Shown in pieces: positions 28,911 through 45,544 of a DNA stretch of 64,000 nt; the first letter of the stretch is position 1; each line of letters opens with the position of its first letter. The notes under the pieces are model-generated. The model had not been told where the DNA came from and made no database searches. It worked only from the letters and a program-made list of their open reading frames with translations. Both the position numbers and the translations under genes were made by a program. This DNA comes from the human T2T-CHM13v2.0 reference genome, Homo sapiens, in assembly GCF_009914755.1 (NCBI RefSeq), contig NC_060934.1, one strand, 5' to 3'.

Positions 28911-29354
28911 ATCCAGTTGCACCCTTTCATTTTGCAGCTGAAGACTCAGCAGAGAAGCAGAGGCTCAGGTAACACACCAATATATGGCAGAGGCAGCCTT
29001 GGGAGCCTTGTTCCCCAATTTCTGGCCCAAGGTTCTCACTGCTTTACTCTGTGCATGCAGAGAGGATCTATAGAGGCCTCTCGTAGTGGGGTGACTCATG
29101 TCAGCGACTTATGTTTACGTGGCTTCTTCCTGCAGCTTGGCTTCTTCCGGGTCTAGTGGGGAGCCACAATGGGCTGGCCGCTGGCATTCCCAATCCATGT
29201 TGGAGGAATCAACTGAGCTATGCTTACAATTAGAAGTCTTCTCATTTTGTCCACAACTGAGAAGGTATCTGGTGTATAAGGTTTTCAATGCTAAACCAGT
29301 AGAATCTAGGGCAAACTAGGACTAGTTGGTCACCCCCACTAGGCTGCTCACCCA

Positions 29355-29860
29355 GTATCTTGAGGGGTCACTATGCTGAATAACTTCATATTGCTTCCTC
29401 ACCCCCTAGATCCTCTCTTCACCTTTTTCTACCCTGTTCTGTTTCCCAAAAAGGGATCCCTTACCCTTTGGATTCCAGATGAGCTGGATCATGGGTGGTA
29501 TTATTAGGAAGAGGTGAGGGTATTTATTCTCCTGCTTCCCCCTTGCCACTGCCGCCAGAAGCTGTCGCATCCCTCTTCTGAGGGCCACAACTCCTTGTAG
29601 ATGGTCATCTTCATGCAGCTACTCCCCACAGCTAATTACCCTGGATTCTGGTTCTGGTAACCACAGGTTCCTCTTGTCTTTTCATTTCTAGGGGTGGTAA
29701 TAGCTTTCCATTATTGCTGGACCTGTAATGCTGCAATATCTCTTCTTTTGTTTCCTTAGATTCTGCCCACAATTTTATAAACAATTCCTTTATTAACTTC
29801 TCCTCACATTACCCAGTCTGAGAGTCCCATCTGTTTCCTGTCAGACCCCTGGCTGAGACA
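29355..29860 (+). mobile_element. LTR33-like ERVL solo LTR
   Basis: GATCCTCTCTTCACC...TTCTAGGGGTGGTAATAGC...CCATCTGTTTCCTG...CTGAGACA. Confidence 0.65.
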
Positions 29861-30730
29861 GTCACTGGTTGATCAATGTCGCGTTCGGATTAAACTAGCT
29901 TTTGCCCCGGCAAAATGATGGCATAGCTTTGGAGGATGCTGTGAGAGCAAACAGAGCTTGCACTTGAGGACACTTTTCCTCTTCATGCTGGATGGGAAGC
30001 CAGGTAAAAGGAACCTCTGATCTTAGACAAGGCCTACATTGCCAATAATTAGGGGCAGTAATTTCTGCCCAACATAAGTCTTTGGACTAGCTCCTATTCC
30101 ATTTGGAAGCACAGATAAGATAATTATGTGATAATTCTTTCAAAAGTAAGACTTCTTAGTCTTACCTTCATTCCAAGGTTGAGGGGAATAGCTGAGGACC
30201 TAATTGTCTGTACACTACCAAACTTTTAGGTGGGCTTTATATAAAAATTAGAATTGGAGGCAGAAACATATATCTGCAGGCATCACAAGAAGACAGGGGC
30301 TGCAAGACTGGCTCCCTTCCAGCCCAGCCTTGTTACTTCTAGGTTTGAATTTACCAGTTCCATGGCGCAGGTCCAGGCAGCATTTGGCATTTGATGCAGG
30401 GTACTGTAACATGACTATTGCCGTTTGCAGAAAGATGGTTATCTACAAAATCTTGAGATTGGACCCAGCTTCATGGAATATGCTGGAGTCATGTTTTCTA
30501 AATGACCCTGATCCAGAACCTCATTTCCTGAACCAAAATCTGAACACAGCTTCAGTTTAGCATGATAGTTGCCTCAAGTAGGTGATCTCTCCAGACTATG
30601 TAGAGAGTTCTTTAATACTCGTTCATTCATTCAATATAAGTGGACTCCTATTATGAGCCAGGTACTGCACTCAGTGCTGGGGATGATGCTGTGAGCAAGG
30701 CAGGCAATGTACCTGTGTAAAGAATATTCT

Positions 30731-31031
30731 GTGGTGGCTCACACCTGTAATCCCAGCACTTTGGGAAGCCAAGGTGGGAGGATTGCTTGAGCCCAGGAAT
30801 TTGAGACCAGCCTAGGCAGCATAGTGAGACCCAGTCTCTACAAAATTTTTTAAAAAAAAAATTAGCCAGGAGTGGTGGTGTGCATTTGCAGTCTCAGCTA
30901 CTCAGGTGGCTGAGGTGGGAGGATTGCTTGAGCCAGGGAAGTCGAGGCTGCAGTGAGCCATGATCACGCCACTGCACACCAGCCTGGATAACAGAGCAAG
31001 ACCCTGTCTCAAGAAAACAAAATTTTAAAAA
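30731..31031 (+). mobile_element. AluJ inserted in an antisense L2
   Basis: GGATTGCTTGAGCCCAGG in the arms. TSD AAAGAATATTCT at 30719-30730 and 31032-31043. L2 TTCATTCATTCAA end at about 30620. Confidence 0.92.
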
Positions 31032-33181
31032 AAAGAATATTCTTGTGCAGGAGTCTGAGAGAAACAAACAAGCTGACTAAGGTAAAAAATAATTACAAAT
31101 TATGCTGTATTTTATGTGAAAGGTACAAGTAAGGGACAGAGACAGAGAATGACAGGGAAGAGATGCTTAACTTTAAATAGGGTAAAAGGAATGCCTCCTA
31201 AGGAGGCAGCATTTAGGCTCTGAGCGAAAAGATGAGAAGATACCAGCAGGGAAGGGTTCTGCAGGCAAAGAGACCGTGTACAAAGTCACCAGGTTGGCGA
31301 AAGCCTCTAAGGGATCAAAGGACTGGAAAACAAGAGGGTATCTGGAGTATGAGCAGCAAATATCTGGGTTTGAATCATGGTTCTGGCATTCAGTCTGTGA
31401 TCTTGGGCAAGTCCCTTAACTTCTCAGGGCTTGATTTCCTCTTCTGTATAATGGGGATAAGAATAGTATCAACTATTCTTGACATTAACTAAATTTATTA
31501 AGTTAATATTTGCAGAATCCTTAAGACTTTTTATATAGTAAATACTCTCATTACATAGCCAGTGCTGTTAATATGAGATTGCAAAGAGAGAGACATAGAG
31601 ATACACAAGCCCAGACTGTGTATAGGACTTCAGAGAAATCAGTCACAAATAAGGTATTAAAAAAGATAAAATATAGTAGAACATCTTTTTTCAAGGCACA
31701 TCACAAACTAACGCCTGATGATGGAATGTGTAGTGCACAAATTACTGGATTTATTTTTAAAGACAAATGATGTCTTTTTTGTGGTCTTTTGAATTCATCA
31801 GATGTTTACATAGGCAAATAGGGCCCTCTTTGACCCCCTTATTCATCCCCCGCAATAATTCACTCTGACATATACAGAACATTTTTTCTCAAGGACATTT
31901 GAAAGTTCAGAACTATGGGGTACTATTGATTATTTTAGTCAGTGTACCATGCCTGTCATTTTATCCTGCTTTTGTACCTCATCAGAATTTAAACCTATTT
32001 TTAGTTCCACATGGGCATAATTGTATATGATCTAAAAAAATCATGGTGAGAATAACATCGGACAAAATCTAAAATGCTCCCTATAGCTTGTATGGCAATA
32101 GCATTCATTGCAAGCATTTCGTATAGGTTCTTTAGGAATGCCACTTGTTAGTATATTTTATTTTCTAATTTTTCCCATATTTTGAAGGAAAAAAAGCACA
32201 CATCGTTTTCATATATGTCTCTACTTACAAAACTGAAATACAAGGTGGTGAGGGAGGCGGAAAGATAGAGAAAATGTCCTCAAGCCATATGTTCAAAAAT
32301 CTGCTCTAGAGAGAAGAGGAACCAGAATAAATATTTTGGTGAAAATTAGAAATGTGGTTGCACACCAGAAGTTTTCCAAAGCCCTTCAGTTTTCTTGGTA
32401 CGCTTTCTGCACACAGTTCTAAAAAAGTTATTCTTCCCACTGCAAAATTACCTCTTTGGAATAGATTTTAGAATTGGTATATATTCAGGCAGACTGCCCG
32501 TTCCTAATTCAGAACTTGGGATGAATAGTTTAGAATATTGAATATGACACTCTTTCCAGTCTTGGCCAAGAGAAATCATACGCTAAGGGCCTTGACCAGA
32601 AAAGCCAATTGGAATAAATAGAGTTGAAACAATGCCTTTTACTGCCTTTCATTTTGAAAGTGCACACTTAACAATAGATGTTAGAGATATTCTGTGTTTT
32701 TGGGACTCGGCAACTGCGAATCTCGGTGGGCTTTAGAAGAGTAGAGAGGGAAGGGAATGTAAGATTAAATAACATGTTGGATATTGAGCTTTGACAAGCT
32801 TCTTAACCTTTATACACAGACAACCATGATGCAAGGTGGTAGTTGATTGGGTAGAACAGAATGACTATCAATAGTATTCTTTGATGTTTTCTAATCTTCT
32901 TACCCTGATCTTTACTTGCTCATTCTACCTTGCTGTTGTTTTGCTGCTGTTTACAGTGTTCTATCAGGTGGGAGATAAACCAGTGGCCATCAGATGCAGA
33001 AAAATGTATTTTAAAAACCTTAACCTAGGTTTGCCTCACATTCTTGAACTCAGAGAAGAGGGAGTAATATAAAGTTCACAGCTATTGAATAATTCTTAAG
33101 TTAAAATATTTTTAATGTCCTGTAAGTGATTATAATGACCAAGTGAGTAAAACTGTAGGGTCTTACAAAGTATTTTATTTT

Positions 33182-33282
33182 ACGGTGACCAACCATCCCG
33201 GTTTGCTTGGAACTGAGGAGTTTCCTGGGACATGGGGCTTTCAGTGCTGAAACCAGGATAACTGGGATAGTTAGTCACCCAA
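33182..33282 (-). mobile_element. MER81-like MITE
   Basis: GGTGACCAACCATCCCGGTTTGC...GGGATAGTTAGTCACCC terminal inverted repeats. Confidence 0.75.
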
Positions 33283-35941
33283 ATAACACCATGTATCATA
33301 GGCCTTTTCCTTCTTCCTTCCCCCTCCTGGTGTTCCTCCCTCCCCAAAGCTGCCATTTCCCTTAGTTCCATGTCTGTTAGGATGGTGGCATTCTTGGCAG
33401 ATGCTGTATCCCTTCCCTTCAGGCATCCAGAGCTCTCTGCCTTTTAGGTCAGTGGAATTTGAGAATAAGTACACTTAACACTTCTCACAGCAAGCTCACA
33501 TTCCTTGTAGCATTTGATTTTCATAACAATTCAGAGAAGCAGCAAAGGCAGGTATAAGCCCCAGTTGATACCTGCTAGGTAGGTATCAGGAAAACAGGAG
33601 CTCAGAGAGGTTGCTGGTTACTTCCCTGGATGACAGAGCTCGATTTGACTCTCCATCTCCTCACACTAAGGGCAGTGGTCCTTTCAGTTCACAGTGCTGA
33701 GGCTTCCAAATTTTTGTGACATGGACAGCTGGAGAATAGTCTTAGGATAAGAGTCTGAGCTATTCCTGGGGCTGGTAAATTGGATAGTGGAAAAGAACAT
33801 TAGCTTGGAAGTCATGGGATTTGGGGTGTGCTCCTGAGCTGTGAGCGGAGTGTTACTGGACAAGTCATCATCTGTCTGGGCCTCATTTCCTTCACAGACA
33901 AATGCTGAAGTTGGAGTAGATGAACCTAAGATCCCTTCTTGTTCTAAATTCCATCCTATCTTCTCTTTGCTGTCCATGCCCTCTTTTGGATGTCCTTGCA
34001 AATCATTTTAAGGTACTTTATCTGGACATAAAGATGAAGAATGGCAGAAAACTCTTAGCTGGCTAGCAGGAGGACTGGAAAGGTTAATGGTCTAAGTCAG
34101 GCCCATTGAGCACCTCCTAAGTATTCCAGAACTCCACCTTTTAAGGAATAACTCTGATAGGAGGCTTTAGCTAAATGATCTCTCAATGATACGACTCATC
34201 TTGGGGCCAGTTGTGTGGAGGCATTAGAGGGAAAGATAAATGAAAAAAGTGGACACACAAACTAGAAAAGCAATTGCCTTCAGAAGAAATGATAGTTCCA
34301 TGTCTTTGATGTCAAAGTTGCAAACTGGAAATTCAGGCTAGATATTCTACTTAAAATATAAGGTCCAAATTCTAAGCAAACTGGAGTTTGTGTATGCTCC
34401 TCAGAGCTAAACAGATATCCACTGAGAAGCAAATGGGCCTTCCAGCACACTCCCTGCAATCTCTGTCACTCCATGAGAAAAGGCTATCTTAAGGACATAC
34501 TTGTGCATAACAGGATGCTGTACTAGATTTTTGGAGTCCTTTGTAAGTTTGGGATCCTAGATCTGTGCACTAGAGCTAAGATGATGCTTAAGGGTTTTCC
34601 AAAAGAGTTTGCAGAATTCCAGAAGAAGAAATTGGAAAAATTGCCTTCTCGCTTCCATTCTGACACATCAGTAAATAAGGCAAGGAGGTAACTTGGGGAA
34701 GGAGATACTAAAGCTCCCTTGAACCTCATATACAGCCTTAAGGACAACCTACTTGCTTCCAAAAAGCAGCCTTGGAAGTATGTTCATACTTAGAATTGAG
34801 CAGCATTTATTTATTGAGGGGTTGCCATGGGCTTCTGGGCTGGGAACTTTATCCAGATCCTCTAATTTAACCCTCGCAACTACTCTACGGGCAGGTACTT
34901 TCGTGGCCTTTTTACAGCTGAAGAAACAGAGACTTACATTGTCAAGGTTATGTAGTTTGAGATCATACAGGCTGTAAGTGGTGGTGCTGAGATGACTCAA
35001 ACCCAGGTTTCTTTGTTTTTCGGATCTGCACCGATCAGCTGTCTCTCTAAGGCCATCTTCAACCACAAATGACAAAGCTTGCTATGGCATCTAACAAGCG
35101 TAATGGATAAGATTCACATTCAATAATTAAAAAGAGAGGAAGGAGAAAAGGGACTAAGAGTTTCTTCGTTTCTGCAAATGAACAGTGTTGTAATAATTGT
35201 ATGACCTGAGGGCAAATATGCGTCCCCAATTTGTCAAGTATTTGATGGTGGTGATTGTATTTTTCCAAACCCACTTCTCCTTCTTCTGTGAGCCACTGAG
35301 CAATAAACAACAGGCCAGGAAAAGAATGGCAAAGATATCACCCATTTGCTGGGAGATCTTTTTTATGTACTCTGTATACTTTGGGTGAAGATAAAAGAGG
35401 GCAGCCAGAAGGAAAGAGCCCTGGATCCAAGGGGTGACGATGGGGGCTTCAATCCCCACTTCTCTTCCATGTTGGACATCCTTGGACAGGTCCCTAAGTG
35501 GCTCTGAGCTTTAATTTCTTCATCTGTATAATGGTCACCACAATTTTATATATAGAAAGAGTCATGAAGAGGTAATACATATGAGAGTTTCTAAAACAAT
35601 TCTTACTTCCCCATAAATACCTTATGGAGTCTAAATAATTCTTCTGATAAAGGTTGTGTTACAAATGTAAACATTTAATGGCCCAGTAAAAACAAACATC
35701 CTAAGTCTGCTTCCACAACCACCTCAAGGCTTCTGGGCTTACTTTTCTTGCCTCCCGGGGCATTCTTTTCCCAGATCTCTGTAGAGCTGCCATGACTTAT
35801 CATTCAGGTCTCAGCTTAAATGTCACCTGGCGAAAGATCTATCCTGACTGTTCTATCTAAAGAAAAGTATTCTGGCACTATTTAATATTTTGTAATCTTC
35901 ATAGCACTGCTATCTAAAATTAATTATTTACTTGCTCGTTT

Positions 35942-38947
<3,006 letters not shown>

Positions 38948-38997
38948 GAGAGAGGGCTTGTCTGTTTCACTTGCTGCTAAGCAGTAGGGAGCTAGAT

Positions 38998-39245
38998 CAG
39001 GGCTGTCCAATAGCAGAAGAATCCTTACAAACAGTAAAGAAAACAAGGAAAATGCATTTTGATGACACATTTTGTTTAATCATATATCTCAAATAATAGC
39101 ATATCCACATGTCATCAATATAAAATTATGGAGATATTGTGCATTCTTTTTTAAAATACTGACTGTTTGCAATCTGATGTGTATTTGACACAGCACATCT
39201 CAATAGTGACATGTGTGTCATAGCTGCAGCACTGGGCAGCACAGG
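38998..39245. mobile_element. MER33/MER3-like hAT-Charlie element
   Basis: Ends CAGGGCTGTCCAATAG...CTGGGCAGCACAG, internal CAGCACATCTCAAT. Confidence 0.65.
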
Positions 39246-39765
39246 CCTGGAAAACTAGCATGCCCAGCTATTCCATATTTGCTGGGCGAATATGTGTGAA
39301 AAGATTTGGTTGAGACTAAGCTTGTGTGAATCACTCTAAACCCTTTGTTTTCAAATCAAGGAATTAGAGCTTTAGAGATTACCCCCATCTTCCATCTGAA
39401 TATAGATGAGAAAATCTTCATCCAGGAAGGGGCAACATTAGTTTCTACATTGTCTTATGGAATGTAGGTGGCCCCATAGAAGGTGGCAGGGCCATGGAAT
39501 TCATGTTTTCTCATTCTATAGTGAATGCCCTTTTCAAATACTCATGCTGATATAGAGATTTAAAGAAATCCTCTGTGATATACACTGCATCATTTTATGT
39601 CTGAATATACCAAATGATTGTATGCAGCACTTCTTGACATATTTGTGCATAACTTCCAGAGTTTGGCATCAATAAATGACCAAATTTTAGTTCCCATTGT
39701 TATGAGAAGTCTTTCTTCATACCTTGTTTAATTCAGTCATTTAATCTAGATCACTCTGAGAACTT

Positions 39766-40079
39766 GTTTTTGTTTTTGTTGTTGTTGTTGTGTTTTGAGA
39801 TGGAGTTTCGCTCTTGTTGCCCAGGCTGGAGAGCAATGGCGTGATGACCTTGGCTCACCACAACCTCCGCCTCTGGGGTTCAAGCAATTCTCCTGCCTCA
39901 GCCTCCTGAGTAGCTGAGATTACAGGCATGCACCACCACGCCCAGCTAATTTTGTATTTTTAGTAGAGACGGGATTTCTCTATGTTGGCCAGGCTGGTCT
40001 CAAACTCCTGACCTCGTGATCCACCCGCCTCGGCCTCCCAAAGTGCTGGGATTACAGGCGTGAGCCACCGCGCCTGGTC
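39766..40079 (-). mobile_element. AluS, tail converted to (GTTTT)/(GTT) repeats
   Basis: TSD CACTCTGAGAACTT at 39752-39765 and 40080-40093. Confidence 0.95.
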
Positions 40080-41257
40080 CACTCTGAGAACTTCTTAAGA
40101 ACTTTAGCTAACAGCTTTAAAAACCAAAATGTTCACTTTCTTGCTAGGATTGTATATTCTAAGATGTTAAGAATTCAAATGTCACCCACATACCTGTAGA
40201 CCATGTGACCACCTTATTCACATTCCTTCCTTTCTTGAATCACTGGGAAGAAGGCGAGCAGCTGCTTGTGAGGTGGCATAATATTGATTAATGGTGTCTA
40301 CAGGAAATCAGCTCAAGACAATTAATTTTTACAGCACCAGCCTGGTACTTTCAAGCATTCTATTATAAAATTATGCGTTGTTAATTGATACTACTGGGAA
40401 TTAGGAGCAAAGACCAGTTTGCCAAAAAAAAAAAAAAAAAAAGAAAGAATGATACAACTCTATTGCATATTCATATTGACTTTCTACTTAATAATCCAGT
40501 GGGGAGGGGAAATCAGAGTCATGGTCTATCAAACACATTACAGATGAGGAATTATTGCCCGTTTCCCTTTATTGTTAAGTTATGAACATTAGGAATTGTG
40601 TTCTAAAATAATGAGTTGTCACTTCTGCCAACAGAAACACGGTGCATATTTTGTCAGTCTTCCACTTTTGAACCTCTAGGGGCAAAAAACACGCTGCAGT
40701 GTGTGTTCTGATTTAATTCTCTTTTGGTGTCTATTTGCATCTTCAGAGCATGGGACGGCATGGGATTACTGCCATCTTCGCTGTGCAGGGTCTGGGGAAG
40801 GGGACTAAAGAGAGACTTCCACAGTCGCTACCCACATCTCCAAGGCACTCGCTAAAATATATTACAGAAAGTATCAAGTTGAATGTGGATCCTAAAGAAT
40901 GAGAATTTTCTTGGCTTAGAGAAAAATTATTCTTTGTTATTCGAGTTTAAGTAGTTATGTTTTCCAATATTTCCCACAGACCTGCTGCTCCATTCTTTTG
41001 CAAGAAAGATTGTCACCCTCATAAACGCATGCTTATGGTCTCTATAAAATGTAACCCAGAGAACAAAGAAAGGTGAAGTTTTCTAGAAATTTTCCGTATA
41101 AAGCAACAACAACAAAAAGAATTCTATTCATTAAAGACTCTTTTTTTATAAAAAATTATGTTTTATTGTTATCATTCTACAAAATAAGAAAACAAGGTGT
41201 AGAGAAATTATTAACTGTGTTCTTTTTTCCTGTCTTTTAAACAAGATTTTTATGAGG

Positions 41258-41363
41258 TTTTTTTTTATTTTTATAGATTCAGGAGGTATATGCGCAGGTT
41301 TGTTACATGGATATATTGTGTAATGGTGAGGTTTAGGCTTCTAGTGTGCCCATCACCCAAATA
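41258..41363 (-). mobile_element. L1PB/L1PA16-like 3' end fragment
   Basis: GCAGGTTTGTTACATGGATATATTG...CCCATCACCCAAATA. Confidence 0.7.
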
Positions 41364-41662
41364 CTTCACTTTAATAGTTTCAGTAAACAAGGAAAAAATG
41401 TGTCTCTTAACAATGGAGAAAGCAGATTAAAATCCTGAAAGTTTTTGTTGAAGTAAAATGCCTTTATTTTGAGTTAGGCATTTCAGCTTAGCTGCTTTAG
41501 ATTTCGAGCTTTGCTTTTACATTTTAAACTTATTAATAGATTATCATTCATTGAGTCTTTATTTGAAAAGAGCCCTCTAGTTTTAGTAAGATTGGAAAGA
41601 GGGGCTGAAGATGGATGAGAAACTTAACTGAGAAGAATCAGCTCAGGATACCCACCAGTTTA

Positions 41663-41870
41663 CTTGTTTTTATTTATATAAATCTGCAGGATACAAGTGC
41701 AATTTTGTTACATGCATAGATTGTGTAGTGATCAACTCAAGGCTTTTAGAATATCCATCACCCAAATAACATACAGGGTACTCATTAAATAATGTCTTAT
41801 CATCCACCCCCCTCCCACCTCCTCACCCTTCCTAGTCTCCATTGTCTATCATTCCCCTCTCTATATCCAT
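41663..41870 (-). mobile_element. L1MA-like 3' end fragment
   Basis: TACAAGTGCAATTTTGTTACATGCATAG.... Degenerate TSD GATACCCACCAGTTTA / GACACCCATCAATTTA. Confidence 0.7.
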
Positions 41871-42172
41871 GACACCCATCAATTTAGAGTGTGCTCATTT
41901 AGAGGTGATTCGGGGTGGAGTTAAGGCTTTAGGCCATGACATCTAGTGGACAGGGGCCCCACCGCTGCTAGTTGTGTGATCTTGGACAGGAGTCTTATTC
42001 TCTTCAATCTCAGCTTCTTCATTTGTAAAATATCATCACCTTAGACCCTATGTCAAATTGCTATAGTGAGATTAAGTGAGAAAATACATGTAAAACTTCT
42101 GTCATGTTCTAAATGTCCAATAAACATTAATGACTATCATCATTACTATAATTTTGTTTGAGTAAAAGTGTC

Positions 42173-42485
42173 TTTTTTTTTTTTTTTTTTTTTTTTTTTG
42201 TCTGAGACACGGTCTCACTCTGTGGCCTAGGCTGGAACACAGTGATGTGATTATAGTTCACTGTAACCTCCAATTCCTGGGCTCAAGTCATCCTCCCACC
42301 TCAGCCTCCTGAGTAAATAGGACTACAAGCACCTGCCATCACATCTGGCTAATTTTTAAATTTTTCACAGAGACAGAGTCTTGCTATGTTGCCCAAGCTG
42401 GTCTCCAAATCCTGGGCTCAAACAATCCTCCCACCTTGGCCTCCCTAAGTGCTAGTATTACAGGCATGAGCCATTGCGCCTGACC
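42173..42485 (-). mobile_element. AluJ
   Basis: T27 tail, CCTGGGCTCAAG..TCCTCCCACCT in both arms. Confidence 0.92.
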
Positions 42486-44555
42486 TGTAGTTCATTTATC
42501 CCAGAGTAAAGCAATCGATGTCTGGGTACTGAAATAACTGTATATTTTTGATATATTACTTTATAATAGAGGACTTTTGTCATTTTTTCATTTTCTTGAT
42601 TGGATTTATTTTTAGTACTCACATATATCTGAGTTTCAAATGTACACAATATTTGAAAATAATAAAGCCATCTTTAAAATAATTTAAAATATGGCCTTGA
42701 ACTGATGCCTTGACTATTTTCTCCTGAATTTCTGAGATTTTTTAAGAGACTGTAGTGATTTTACGTCATCCCAGAATGACAGCCCTAATATAATTGCAAA
42801 ATAAGGGTCAGGGCAAGATGTCACAAATTTTTTGTTTTCTGCAGGCTCTGTCTAAGATTCTCTCTGCACAGTACCATGACAACGGGTTTGAAAGAGAAAA
42901 ATTTAGTTAATCAGGCAGTTGTTTTAGCTACATGAAGCCAAACAACGGGTTTCAATCTTATTTTCTTCTGCTTCATTGCATTGATGAGATTCAACCCATA
43001 GTTCTGACATCATGTGTGTGACCTAAATCACATTCTTTTACGTTCTGGAAATGGCTTTAATTGAGTATTTAATGGAGTATTTGCTCTATTCGAAAGACCT
43101 TCCTTTGCACATGTGTGTGAGGAGAATTGTAATCCAGTGATTATGTTGCTGGGAGAGGCTCTGCTTCAGTCAGTGCTGGTGCTTTAAAATATTTTTCCTG
43201 TCGTTGGATGGGGGAGTGGGTGATTGTAAGATGGGCTCATCTGCAGTAGTTTCACAGCAATGATAGATGACTTCGATGAAGGCTGTTTGTATGTATTTAT
43301 TTTCTTACTTTAAGTACAACTCAGATCTACCCCGACTAGTTGCCGCATATCGTGTTAAATAAGAATAACTGTTCTGAAATAAAAGAGTCTACTTAGTCTA
43401 AGAGTTTAAAAGTAGAGACTCTTAGTAAGTTGCTTCATGCTAAACTCCTGTTTACTTTTTAGTAAAGTATTTTTGTTTGCTTGTTTGTTTATTAGAAGGA
43501 AACAAAGCAATACTATATGTGGAAAATCCATAGCCCAGTAGCTGACATATTATAAACATGCAATAGGCAGCAACTATTTTTATTTTTTTTCTGTGCTCAT
43601 ACCTATAACCTCAGCATGGTAGAACACACACATAAATCTTATTTTCTTACTAATGTGCCCTATTAATCAAAACTTCAAAAAAGTCTTCTGTTCAAAGGGA
43701 AATGGAAGCTGCTAAACCGTATTACTTTTCAATTAAAAAATGTTCATCTGCCCTTCTTGCGCCGGCGATTTCGGTTCCAAGAAGATTCCACATGGACCTT
43801 CTGATCTGTGTGAAAGAACAAATAAGAAAAGCTCCTGGAGATGGGCTAAGGAATGACACTGCAGTTTCACCCCCCACTTCCCCAGGATTTGGTGGCAATG
43901 ACAAATGGCAACTCAAAGCAGTTTTCCAAAGGCTTCTTTAAAACAAGCCAAACAGTTCTTGTTTGAATTGGCTGTTTACTGTCATTCTTACATGAAAAGA
44001 AAGAAATGTTTGGCAAGAGCAAATTTCAGCAAGCTGCCAAAAGGGAGCTTCCAAGAGTCAGTGTGTCACTGGGCAGTCGTTCAATCCACCAGGGGAACAT
44101 CATTTAAACTCAGCTTGAATAGGCCCATTTCTCCGCAAACCGCATGTCTGATGACAGCTATTAAGATTCACACATGGGTTTCAGATGTATTCACACCTTT
44201 ATCATTGTTTTAACTTTTTATTTCAAAATAATCTGAGACTTAAAGAAAAGGTGCAATAAATAGCATAGAGCTCCTATTAACTTTTTCCTTCAAAACATTG
44301 TATATAACCATGGACAACTACACTCTTATTAATTCAATACCTATTATAGAACTTGCAATTATTGTTAATACAGTTCCTCATTCTTCTCAAAATCCTATGT
44401 GTGGGTAGAATGAACATTTTGTTCATATTTATGAATGAAGAAATTGAGGCACAGGTCATAGAGCCAGCTAGCGCTGAATTGGAACTGGATTTGGTATAGT
44501 TGATTCCCAACCCAGATGTAAAAATAAATGAGTTTAATGTAGAAGAAATCATTTA

Positions 44556-44577
44556 TACACACACACACACACACACA
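44556..44577. repeat. (AC)n microsatellite
   Basis: Read directly. Confidence 0.9.
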
Positions 44578-45301
44578 TTATGTGAATCATTTTGATTATT
44601 AGTTTGCTAATAAAATAGCTCTTCCCTCCCTCGTATTTAGTCCACCCTTTCTGCCCCAAATATCCCTAGAACCTATTGCCTGCTTCAAGTACCACTAATG
44701 TTCCCTAGAATTCAGACGTTCCCCATTCCTTACTTGTAGTTTTGCAAAAATAAATCTCTTATTTATCTTCCTGACTCCACACTGTTGCCAGAGTGTCTTT
44801 TTTCCCTAAGTCACTGATCCAATTACATCATTCTTTTGTTTAAACTCCTTCAATAAGCTCATGTGTGTTGTCCACTCATTTCCAAGTACCATACAGGGTA
44901 TTCAGCATTCATCATCTCCCTTAATCCACACAACAACACTATGAGTTAGGCCTTATGTCATTTCCTTGGTTCAATAGGTTCACAGGTTGAGATTGTGTGG
45001 TAGCTAAATGGCAGAGCCAAGAGCTAAACTTAGGACTCTAGAGACATCAGACCACCCAGTCTGCCCATTGCCTATAGGATAAAATCCAGATTCCTGAGCC
45101 AGTCCGCTAAGATTCAGGCTTGACTTTAGGTTATCCTTACAGTAATTTGGTTCCTTGTATCCTGTGCTTAGGTATAACAAATTTCTTGCCCTGCCTAGTT
45201 GTTTTTTCATACTACCATGCCTGTTCAAATATAGGACTTCTCTCTCTGCCTAAAATGACTGTCCCCATTTTTGCTATTAGGCAAGACCTACTTCAAATTC
45301 A

Positions 45302-45544
45302 CAGTGGCGCCCTAGGGTAGAGAGGGCAGTGTGGTGGGAATGCTCCACCTGGGTGCGGGCAGTAGTGAATTCATTCTGTAGAGACGGCAAGTAGTAAATG
45401 CACTCTGTAGAAAGTTAATATCAAAATTGAGTAAAATCATCTGCTTCTTCTTAGCATCAGGTACCAGCAACTGAAAGAATGTCGGTGACAAAAGACTCCT
45501 CTATGTGGGAGGTGTCAGCTACCCCTGCCTAGGTGACCCTCCTG
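45302..45544. mobile_element. hAT-Tip100 (MER97-like) relic inserted in an L2
   Basis: CAGTGGCG...CTG ends with an 8-bp TSD CAAATTCA / CACATTCA (45294-45301, 45545-45552). Confidence 0.6.
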
